Made by a program: the position numbers and the translations under genes. Positions 1-7,922 of a stretch of 64,000 bases of DNA are shown in pieces. Below the pieces are notes generated by a model, which was given only the letters and a program-made list of their open reading frames with translations, was not told the DNA's origin and made no database searches. How positions within the stretch are numbered: the stretch's first letter is position 1; each line of letters starts with the position of its first letter. The stretch lies in contig JAZQJV010000003.1 of NCBI GenBank assembly GCA_045541795.1, forward strand, positions 1,623 through 65,622, written 5' to 3'. This DNA comes from Patescibacteria group bacterium (GTDB taxonomy: Bacteria > Patescibacteriota > Microgenomatia > UBA1400 > PJMF01).

Positions 1-14
1 ATAGTTTTTTACTG

Positions 15-1154
15 ATGGATGATCCAGAGTACAAGCAGCAAAATATTGCACTAGCCAATAATAGTCCCAAGACAGCGCTGGCCGGAGCGACACCACGACT
101 GATAGACGAGTGGCAGTTGGCGCCAAAGTTGTGGGATGCGGTACGTTTTGAGGTAGATCAGCGTGGACTGCCGTCACAATTTATCCTGACTGGCTCAGCC
201 GTACCTTTTGATATGACAGCGGTAGATCACTCAGGCACAGGGAGGATTGCATCATTATTGATGCGGCCAATGAGCCTTTTTGAATCTGGAGATTCTAGCG
301 GCAGCGTGAGTCTATCTGGACTATTTGCACAACCAGAACAAATAACTGGCACGAGCGACCTAAATCTGGAAAGACTGGCTTTTCTCACGTGCCGTGGTGG
401 CTGGCCAAAAGCGGTGGATTATAACAGCAACAAGGCACTCACTTTAGCGAAAACCTACTATGAGGGTTTGATAGAAAACGATATTATGCGTGTAGACGGC
501 ATACGGCGTAGCCGCAATATCGCCAATCGGATCTTGCGATCTTATGCCCGTTTCCAGGCGCAGCAAGTATCGCTGGAAAACATCAGAAAAGACACTGCTG
601 CCGGAGACGGTACAAGCTTAGGTATTGATACAGTTTACGATTACGTGGAAGCATTGCGTAAACTTTTTATCATCGAGGACTCACCGGCATGGAACCCTAA
701 CTTACGCTCAAAGGCAGCAATCCGGACTTCCGACACTAGGTATTTTGTTGATCCGTCCATCGCCACACAGGCTCTAGGCGTAAGCCCCCGTGACCTGATC
801 CAAGATTTACGGACTTTTGGATTTTTGTTTGAGACACTTTGCATCCGTGATTTGCGAGTTTATGCCGATGTAAAGGGTAAAAGTGTAAGTCATTACCGCG
901 ACAGCAACGGACTCGAGTGTGACAGCGTGATTCATTCTCAAGACGGCGAGTACGGGCTTATAGAAATAAAACTCGGCTCTGATGACGAGTCAATTAATCA
1001 GGCTGTGAAAACATTGCACGATATGGAAAAGGTGATTGATGACGAGGTGATGAGCAAGCCGTCATTCCTGATGATTTTGGTGGGTAACGGGCCGTACGCC
1101 TATCGGCGCGAGGACGGGATTTATGTGGTGCCGGTGGGCTGTTTGCGGGAGTGA
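15..1154 (+). CDS. AAA+ ATPase, DUF4143 family (5'-partial; Walker A lies upstream of the window)
   Basis: LIDEWQ Walker B, FILTGS, and RYFVDPS / FETLCIRDL / ECD..IEIKL C-terminal PD-(D/E)xK-like domain; frame is open to the window edge. Confidence 0.85.
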   Translation: MDDPEYKQQNIALANNSPKTALAGATPRLIDEWQLAPKLWDAVRFEVDQRGLPSQFILTGSAVPFDMTAVDHSGTGRIASLLMRPMSLFESGDSSGSVSLSGLFAQPEQITGTSDLNLERLAFLTCRGGWPKAVDYNSNKALTLAKTYYEGLIENDIMRVDGIRRSRNIANRILRSYARFQAQQVSLENIRKDTAAGDGTSLGIDTVYDYVEALRKLFIIEDSPAWNPNLRSKAAIRTSDTRYFVDPSIATQALGVSPRDLIQDLRTFGFLFETLCIRDLRVYADVKGKSVSHYRDSNGLECDSVIHSQDGEYGLIEIKLGSDDESINQAVKTLHDMEKVIDDEVMSKPSFLMILVGNGPYAYRREDGIYVVPVGCLRE

Positions 1155-1158
1155 ATAC

Positions 1159-2973
1159 TCACATCTCCCTTTTCGCCGCCACACCCAGGCAGGCAAGCGC
1201 ATCTACGAGTACCGTCTGCGTGGCGGTGGCCGCCGCCATCATCAAGCGAGAGTGAGCAGGATCGGCCGTATCCAAGAGCTTGCGCGGCTGGCTCCAGAGA
1301 GCGTGGAAAGCGGCGGCCAGCTCATACAGGTAAGTGACTAAGATATACGGCGCGCGCTCGCGCGCACTCAGAGCGATGACACCCGGATACCGGGCGAGCG
1401 CGCGAGCCAGCGGCCGCAGTACAGTGAGTTCATCACTATCAGTGATCAGGAGTGCCGTATCGGCGGCCTGAAACTGGTAATCCTCACCAAAGAGTTTGCG
1501 GTACTGGCGAGACAATGAATACGTGCGCGTGGCGGCATACTGGATGTAATAGACCGGATTGTCACGGGAGCGCTCACGCACACGCACCAGATCAAAGGTC
1601 ATCGGTGTGTTGGCAGACTTCGTGAGGATGAAAAGTTTGAGTTCGTCTACGTCTACCTGGGCGAGGACATCGCGCAAAAGTAAAAAGTTGCCGGCTCTTT
1701 TGGACATTTTGTACGGCTGACCATCGCGCTCGAGACTGACGAGTTGCATCAACTGGACTTCTAGATGAGTGCGGCCGGACGAGAGCGCACTCACGGCCGC
1801 CTGTAGGCGGGCGACATAGCCGCCGTGGTCGGCGCCAAAAAGATTAAGGAGGACGGGGTAGCCACGGTGGATTTTGTCAAAGTGGTAAGCGATGTCACTG
1901 GCAAAATAAGTGGTAGTGCCGTCTGAGCGCGCCACCACGCGGTCACGGTCATCGCCGTAAGCGGTGGAGCGGAAAATGGTCTGAAGGCCGTCATCATGGC
2001 GTGATTTTTCTTCCTCAGCTTCATTGGCGGGACCACCTAGCGGCGCTTGTAGCTCACCCTGATACAAACAGGGTAACTGCCTGGTGATGCCGTCTTCATC
2101 CGTGACGGGACACGTCTGGCTGGCCAGCTGAGCCAAGGCCTGGCGCACGCTCCCCTGCTCCACGAGTGCTGTCTCAGACGTAAAACGGTCAAATTCTAGG
2201 CCGAGCAGGGTAAGGTCGGCGCGGATCTGATCGAGCATAGAGGCGACAGCTTCATCCTTGAAACGGGCAAAAAAACTGTCTTCATCCAGATCTGCAAACT
2301 GGTCGCCATACTGATCGTGCCAGGCGGCGGCCAGCGGCAGCAAGTAGTCGCCCGGATAGCAGCCCTCAGGGACATTTTGGCCCTGGTGGCGGCCGCAAGC
2401 TTGCTGGTAGCGGAATTGCAGCGAGCGCAGCAGCGTGCGGATCTGCACGCCGTAGTCATTGACATAATACTCCGTGGTGACGCGGTAGCCGGCTTTGGTG
2501 AGCAAGCGCGCGAGCGCGAGACCCAAGACGGCGCCACGCGTGTGGCCGATATGCAAGGGGCCGGTGGGGTTGGCAGAGATGAATTCTAGTAAAATGTCTG
2601 CTGGGGCGGCCGGGTCAGCATCTGGCGGTGGGACGGCCGGCGCACCAAAACGGCGACCAGCAGTGATGACGCCGGCAAAGAAATCAGCCCAAGCGGCAGG
2701 CGTGAAGGAAATATTGACGTAAGCGCCGGCGGGCGCGGCCGACTGGACAAAAGGGAGCGCGGTAAATTTCTCCGCTAAGTCGGCAGCGATCGCCTGTGGC
2801 GGCCGGTGCAAAGCGCCGGCCAAAACCATAGCGGCATTGGTGGCGTAGTCAGCGTCTAGGTGTGCGGGTGGCAGCGAAAAGCGGAGCTTGCTGGCGACCG
2901 ACTGGAAGTCGTCGCCAGCAAAATTGGCGATGACGGCCGTAAGGTCCCTCTGGGCGCGGGCAAAAATATCCAT
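1159..2973 (-). CDS. argS: Arginine--tRNA ligase
   Basis: EFISANPTGPLHIGHTRGA (HIGH), EYYVNDYG, GADHGGY, KMSKRAG, NPVYYIQYA. Confidence 0.97.
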   Translation of the reverse strand: MDIFARAQRDLTAVIANFAGDDFQSVASKLRFSLPPAHLDADYATNAAMVLAGALHRPPQAIAADLAEKFTALPFVQSAAPAGAYVNISFTPAAWADFFAGVITAGRRFGAPAVPPPDADPAAPADILLEFISANPTGPLHIGHTRGAVLGLALARLLTKAGYRVTTEYYVNDYGVQIRTLLRSLQFRYQQACGRHQGQNVPEGCYPGDYLLPLAAAWHDQYGDQFADLDEDSFFARFKDEAVASMLDQIRADLTLLGLEFDRFTSETALVEQGSVRQALAQLASQTCPVTDEDGITRQLPCLYQGELQAPLGGPANEAEEEKSRHDDGLQTIFRSTAYGDDRDRVVARSDGTTTYFASDIAYHFDKIHRGYPVLLNLFGADHGGYVARLQAAVSALSSGRTHLEVQLMQLVSLERDGQPYKMSKRAGNFLLLRDVLAQVDVDELKLFILTKSANTPMTFDLVRVRERSRDNPVYYIQYAATRTYSLSRQYRKLFGEDYQFQAADTALLITDSDELTVLRPLARALARYPGVIALSARERAPYILVTYLYELAAAFHALWSQPRKLLDTADPAHSRLMMAAATATQTVLVDALACLGVAAKREM

Positions 2974-2982
2974 AATGTATTA

Positions 2983-3011
2983 ATTATACCACAAAACGGC
3001 CCTTTTGTCAA
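2983..3011 (-). promoter_or_regulatory. sigma70 promoter for argS
   Basis: Minus strand TTGACA-N17-TATAAT with TG extension, 9 nt before the ATG. Confidence 0.8.
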
Positions 3012-3035
3012 GAGGTAATTTCCAGATAAAAAACG

Positions 3036-4202
3036 TTATAGGCTCAGCAGGCTGTCGCCGGAGGTGGCCACACAAAGTTCGCTGTAGAGCCGCTGGAGGC
3101 GGGCGTAGTCACCACGCTGCAGGTAGCGGCCATCCACAAAACGGTCGAGCTGGCCGGCCCAGGAACCAGATTGGACGTAATATTCGGTGTCATGTAGGGC
3201 CTGCCGGCCAGCGTGCACACTGGAGCGGTAATTTTGCCCGACCCGTTTGCCGGCCTTGAGGCCGTAACGGGTGGCGATACCGCCCACAAAAGGAATGCCG
3301 TAGGCGGCGGGCTGCAAGATGGTCTTTTTGTGATTGAGCTGGAGGCACAAGTGGAGCCGCAAAAACTCGTCGATGGCGTCTCGGGCGGCCAAAAGCCGGT
3401 CTTTGTCTGGATCAAGCAGGATCATGTCATCCACATAGCGGCCGTAATACTTGATGCCGAGCACATCTTTGACGAAATGATCGAGTTCTCCCAGATAGAT
3501 ATTGGAAAAAAGTTGACTGGTGAGATTGCCGATGGGGAAGCCGCGGTCGTCTGGGACGCCAAAAAGTGTCTTGTAGGCAGGCAAATCATCCCAGCCGTGG
3601 AGGTCGCCGCGCATACAGACACGGTAGGTAGGTCGAGCGAGGATGATAATGGGCAGGAGGTAGCGGAGCAAATCCATCATTTCTGGTTTGATCCTAGATT
3701 TGGGATCGGTGTACATCCGCTCGATGATCTGGAGCATTTTGCCGTGATGGATGCTAGTGAAATAGCTCTGGATGTCGAGCTTGAGCATCCAGGCGGGGCG
3801 GGTGAAATTGTGCGTCACTCGCCGCTGGAACTCCATGGCGCGCTCCATAGCAAAATGCGTGCCTTTGCCATGGCGGCAAGAGTAAGAATCAAAAATGAAA
3901 TGCCGCTCCCAGTAGGGATTGATGGCGTCAAAAACTAAGTGATGGACCACGCGATCACGGAAGGTGGCAGCAAAAACTTCGCGCTTTTTGGGCTCGGTGA
4001 CGATAAAGGCAATACTGGGCCCCAGCTCGTAAGTACGCGCAGCCAGATCGCGGTAGAGAGTGTAGAGATTGCGCTCGAGGTCAAGCTCAAAAAGGAGCTG
4101 ATTGGCGGTGGAGCGCTTATGGCGGCGAGCCTCAAAATAAGCAGTAAAAAGACGGTCAAAAATCCACTCCTGTTCTAATCCTACGGGATGGTGAACAATC
4201 AT
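3036..4202 (-). CDS. DGR reverse transcriptase
   Basis: EPKKREV..FRDRVVHH, DSYSCR.GKGTH, LKLDI..YF.SI, GFPIGNLTSQLFSNIYL (DGR-type SQ motif), YGRYVDDM; start overlaps the upstream stop (ATGA at 4199-4202). Confidence 0.96.
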   Translation of the reverse strand: MIVHHPVGLEQEWIFDRLFTAYFEARRHKRSTANQLLFELDLERNLYTLYRDLAARTYELGPSIAFIVTEPKKREVFAATFRDRVVHHLVFDAINPYWERHFIFDSYSCRHGKGTHFAMERAMEFQRRVTHNFTRPAWMLKLDIQSYFTSIHHGKMLQIIERMYTDPKSRIKPEMMDLLRYLLPIIILARPTYRVCMRGDLHGWDDLPAYKTLFGVPDDRGFPIGNLTSQLFSNIYLGELDHFVKDVLGIKYYGRYVDDMILLDPDKDRLLAARDAIDEFLRLHLCLQLNHKKTILQPAAYGIPFVGGIATRYGLKAGKRVGQNYRSSVHAGRQALHDTEYYVQSGSWAGQLDRFVDGRYLQRGDYARLQRLYSELCVATSGDSLLSL

Positions 4203-5119
4203 TGGTTTTCGCTATCTGATTCGAATTGATGATCGGTTTTATTTTGCCAAGCGGCGAGGCTCTCATCCACCAGTACTTTGTATTTCATGAGCGTCGCCAG
4301 GTTTTCTGCCCGGAAAGCGCCGCATTCATACGCCAGGCGTAGGAGGAAAGAGACGGTGGCCATATCATCCTGGAGGTTGGAGAGATGCCGCCTGGAGACG
4401 TACCAAGTGTGATCTTGATCAGCGTCATACAGACAGCGGAAATTGTTTTCCATATCTATGATGAGCTGTAAGATAGTGGGTTGGAGCGAGGCTTTGTAAG
4501 CATGCTGGAAATGATTGGTACGGATGAAGGCTTCTTTGAGAAATTGGAAGAGGTAATTATACGTCTCCACGTTGGCATAGATAGGCCGGAGCTTGGCGAC
4601 GTTGGAGTCTTGAGCGATACATTCTTGGGCGTACCAGCGCTGGTAAGCTTTATTGTCTATGGGCGGCAGGCCTTTGAGGACGAGGCCATAGCAGTCTCCT
4701 TTTTTACCTTCGATCAGCTCCCAGGTGGCGTTATTATCAAGCGCACGCTCAAAAACGGCAGGCAGCGAGGCGACAGGAATACCTACACGCAGCAGGCGCT
4801 CGTCTTTTTGTGGCGGCTTGTCGCCGCGTACGGTAAGCCCCGGGCGCAGCAGCGTCAGCATCCGGTAAGCGCTGACATTATACGCATTGAGAAAATCACC
4901 AGTCGTCCAGAGGTAGACTTCGTTTTTGTTCATGGATTCTGCTTTGTAGATGTATTGGAGGTCGGCCGGGATGACTTTGACGTCGAGCACCGGGAGGGTC
5001 ACGCCCTTAGCGATCAGACGCTCGTACGCATCGCGGGCGGTTTTATTCACTGGGATTTTGGGGGATTTGGGATCCGGCGAGGAGGGAAAAGTGGAAGCCT
5101 TAGAGGCTTTATCTGGCAT
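4199..5119 (-). CDS. avd: DGR accessory protein: N-terminal MutS-domain-I-like region fused to a C-terminal Avd-like four-helix bundle (306 aa)
   Basis: Likely start ATG 5119 after an AGAAAGGA RBS. C-terminal pattern Y.Y...HFQHAYKASL..I..LRLAYE....LAAWQ matches Avd. N-terminal VYLWTTGDFLNAYN.SA...RVGIPVASL resembles MutS_I. Lies between TR and RT. Confidence 0.78.
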   Translation of the reverse strand: MPDKASKASTFPSSPDPKSPKIPVNKTARDAYERLIAKGVTLPVLDVKVIPADLQYIYKAESMNKNEVYLWTTGDFLNAYNVSAYRMLTLLRPGLTVRGDKPPQKDERLLRVGIPVASLPAVFERALDNNATWELIEGKKGDCYGLVLKGLPPIDNKAYQRWYAQECIAQDSNVAKLRPIYANVETYNYLFQFLKEAFIRTNHFQHAYKASLQPTILQLIIDMENNFRCLYDADQDHTWYVSRRHLSNLQDDMATVSFLLRLAYECGAFRAENLATLMKYKVLVDESLAAWQNKTDHQFESDSENQ

Positions 5120-5837
5120 GACTATCCTTTCTATAATAATTCTTATGCCTAATTTGTTTACTAGAAGAATTGATAGCCGCCAGATGCGAGACGGCAACTA
5201 GATAAGGAGTGCGGGCAGAATTAAATGTGTCTTGGAGGCAGCGCACCGAAAACCCGTTGTACTTATTGTTGTTGTTCTGCGGGTAGATATTACTAGAATT
5301 CAAGTTCAGGTTGTACGCGTTCGTCGTTGAGTTAAGAGAGCTAGACCACCAGTTGGCGTTCGAGCCTTGATTGTTCAGCGAGGAACCATTGGCGTTGCCT
5401 GAGATAGCAGACAGACTCCGGGAAACCTGGGCGAGCCGCACGGCCCAGCCAGCCGAAATCCCAACAACCTGGTGCCAGCCGGGTACACGGCTATGCTGCA
5501 GTTGATCGCTCACCCACGGGGAAGCAAAAGAAGAAAAAGAAGAAAAGAGGCAGTGACAAGTACACAGACCAACAGCCCGTGTACACACTGGTGTGGACTT
5601 ACGCGCGGATGGCATCCACCCGAACTTGTAGCGCAAGTAGATCAATAGACTCAATCCTTCATGAGCCGGCGTCAGATAACCGCCAAAAGGTCGCAGTCGG
5701 CCAAGCCGACCAGCGAGCCCGGGCCCGACTACCCGCTCCTTACCTAGTTGTACCTCTAACTTAAAGAGCCACCCAGCTGGCGCAGCCAGCGGATCGGATA
5801 GACCACCCGCCAGCTCGGCTGGGTGCCGTCTCATAAC
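5120..5837 (-). ncRNA. Predicted DGR template RNA (long structured leader + TR + spacer)
   Basis: Own promoter at 5844-5872; GC-rich paired segments, a pyrimidine tract, TR, then a 109-nt spacer to the avd start; ends are inferred. Confidence 0.55.
5229..5412 (-). repeat. DGR template repeat (TR), 184 bp
   Basis: Aligns without gaps to 6226-6409 (offset 997); 16 mismatches, all at A on the coding strand; 17 AAY codons. Confidence 0.98.
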
Positions 5838-5843
5838 CGCTCC

Positions 5844-5872
5844 AGTATAGCAGACATGCTGGCTCTTGTCAA
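5844..5872 (-). promoter_or_regulatory. sigma70 promoter for the TR-avd-RT transcript
   Basis: Minus strand TTGACA-N17-TATACT with TG extension. Confidence 0.8.
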
Positions 5873-5933
5873 GAGTGAATTGGGAGGAGCTGGTTTTTGA
5901 TATAGTTTGTATCATTTGTCCTTTTTTGGGCGC

Positions 5934-5960
5934 GGCCTGCGGCGCTTAGCGCCGCAGGCC
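5934..5960. other. Perfect 12-bp GC-rich hairpin/cruciform with a 3-nt loop (candidate DGR homing stem-loop)
   Basis: GGCCTGCGGCGC-TTA-GCGCCGCAGGCC; no U-tract directly after it on either strand. Confidence 0.6.
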
Positions 5961-5973
5961 ATTGCCCTGCATC

Positions 5974-6216
5974 TTAGAGAGTAGAAAGTTTAGCGTTGGC
6001 TAGTAGTAGTTCCTTCAGGTGCCCTACCGGGAACCCTCGGGTGTCTGGGGCTGGCGCCAGATGGACGTCGCTGGGGCGGGCCGCAATGCGTGCGGCCGCC
6101 GGAGAGCTCCTATCTGGCCTGCCGCCAGGAGTTACCTGATCTAAAGTGTTTGGTGGTAAAGTTTTTTGTTCTTTCATATTTACTTTCTTAGTGATCTGTT
6201 TGATATAGTTTGCCAT
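5974..6216 (-). CDS. Small DGR-linked protein (80 aa) with an RT-motif-like C-terminus
   Basis: ATG lies 3 nt after the target stop; PDTRGFPVGHL..LL.N..L resembles the RT's PDDRGFPIGNL..QLF.N..L. Confidence 0.55.
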   Translation of the reverse strand: MANYIKQITKKVNMKEQKTLPPNTLDQVTPGGRPDRSSPAAARIAARPSDVHLAPAPDTRGFPVGHLKELLLANAKLSTL

Positions 6217-6219
6217 AAA

Positions 6220-7514
6220 TTAATAGTCTTGGAGGCAGCGCACCGAAAACCCGTAGTACTTAGCGTTGTTGTTCTGCGGGTAGATATTACTAGAACCCAA
6301 GCCCAGGTTGTACGCGCCCGTCGTTGAGTTAAGAGAGCTAGACCACCAGAAGGCGCCCGAGCCTTGATAGTACAGCGAGGAACCATGGGCGTTGCCTGAG
6401 ATAGCAGACTTCCCCGAGGCATTCCAAGCATTGGCGCCGCTAGTCCTAAACCAATTCCATGACGTAGCACAATCGCTACTCGTACAACCATGACTCACAC
6501 TACTTCCTTGGACCGCGTCGGCCAATGCTTGGAATTCTTCTTTGGTGGGTACATGCCAACCAATGGGACAAATATCATGGGTGGCTTCAGTAGTCCCATT
6601 GGTACGGTTATTATATGTACCATTGTAATTGGCAGTGGAATTATTCATCGCCGCCTGCCAGTTATAAAGGAAACCGTCATAGTTACCGCCGTCGGCAGCA
6701 TTACGGCAGATACCGTAGTAGCCGGAGGCGACTTTGTTTTGGACGGAGCCTTGGTAGCTAGCATTGAAATCATTACCCGTGAGGCTGGCACAATTGCCAA
6801 ATTGGAGGTTTTGAGCCATCCAGCAGTGACCATCTATAAATTTGCGGATGATGTATTGCTTATTGTCACGGGCATCGGTGAGCGTGCCCACGGTGGTGTA
6901 GCCAGTGCGCGATGTGGGCGTGGCAAATTGAGCACAGGCTGCCTTGGTAAAAGATTGCATGGTGGAACCGATACAAGTACACTGCTCGGTGGCACTATTA
7001 TAGATATAGGCATCCGAGCAGTCACAGCCCACACCATTGCCGATGCATTTACTAGTGGTGGCGTCCCAGGTGCTATTGTCGCCACAGTAATTGGAGCCGG
7101 TACACTGTTGGGTGTAGGCATTGGCAGAGGTGAAGCATTTGGCGTAGGCATTGGGATAGGTGACGCCGTCGGGGCAAGCGGTGGTGGCGGCAGACGTCCA
7201 GGTGTTATCGGCCGTGCGGATGAGTTTTAGTTGGCCGCCAGTGGCGATCACAGAGGCGAGGTCGGTATCAATGAGTTTGCGGGTGGTAGTGGTAGAAGAG
7301 GCAGCGTGGGCGGTGGGAATCAACCCCTCCCCTCTGGCACTGCGTGCCACCTCCCCTCCGTAAGGGGAGGAGTTATAAGAAGTGGGGGCTATGAGGGCTC
7401 GCCCCCCCCCAACGCATTTTGGGCCACCCCAAGGATGGCGGCAAGCACCAGACAAGTACCGGTGGCTATTGCCCGGTGTGAGTGTATGTTGTTTTTGTTT
7501 TTCATCTTTTTCAT
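6220..7514 (-). CDS. DGR target: secreted Cys-rich protein with C-terminal Fib_succ_major (CLec-fold) domain; frameshifted at G9 tract 7402-7410
   Basis: LTDARDNKQY..CWMAQNL, GFLYNWQAA, DICPIGWHVPT..EF..L, GFSVRC. The signal-peptide ORF from ATG 7514 stops at 7389 unless the G tract is 7 or 10 nt long. Confidence 0.9.
6226..6409 (-). repeat. DGR variable repeat (VR) at the 3' end of the target gene
   Basis: 10 Asn codons of TR are changed to H, Y, Y, G, F, G, G, G, A, Y; shared GC-rich 3' end TTTTCGGTGCGCTGCCTCCAAGAC. Confidence 0.98.
7291..7376. repeat. REP-like double-hairpin element inside the DGR target coding region; second copy at 49931-50016
   Basis: 74/86 identities without gaps; hairpins TGGCAC-TGC-GTGCCA and CCTCCCCT-CCGTA-AGGGGAGG. 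Confidence 0.85.
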
Positions 7515-7576
7515 ATGTTTTACCGCAATATGCGAGGCGGCTCTTCCTACTTTGTAACTATTTTAGATGTGAGATG

Positions 7577-7605
7577 ATATTAGCACGGGTGGCGGGATTT
7601 GTCAA
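7577..7605 (-). promoter_or_regulatory. sigma70 promoter for the DGR target
   Basis: Minus strand TTGACA-N17-TAATAT with TG extension, about 60 nt upstream of ATG 7514. Confidence 0.7.
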
Positions 7606-7668
7606 GGGGATCGCGGAGCTAAGATGAGATGGCGGGCGTTTGGGTGATTAGAGGCTGGATATTGCCTC

Positions 7669-7697
7669 TTGACAAAATGGTAGTTTTGTGGTATAAT
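7669..7697 (+). promoter_or_regulatory. Consensus sigma70 promoter with no downstream ORF
   Basis: TTGACA-N17-TATAAT; 27/29 identical to the promoter at 8603-8631. Confidence 0.7.
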
Positions 7698-7922
7698 GGG
7701 GTAAGTCCTTAGAGATTTGAGGACGGTTCTTATAAAAATCGATCAATTCTGGGAAAATTAAGTCCTGCTAGGCGGCAATTTTCTGTAGAAATGCAAGTTA
7801 TCGGATTGCGTTTCTCGTTAAAAGGTGAAAATTGCTGGTGTCGGCTGACAACGCCTCCTGGAATTGGTCGATTTTTGCGTTTGGATATCTTTGACCCCAC
7901 CGGGTGAACCCAATTACGCCAG

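Noticed and set aside
3036-4202. RT as a group II intron, retron or CRISPR-associated RT
   Set aside because: SQ motif, no maturase/endonuclease extension, adjacent Avd-like gene and an A-specific TR/VR pair all indicate a DGR.
6220-7455. ORF-track start (TTG 7455, MSGACRHPWGG...) for the DGR target
   Set aside because: No RBS and a non-protein-like N-terminus; the real signal peptide is in another frame from ATG 7514.
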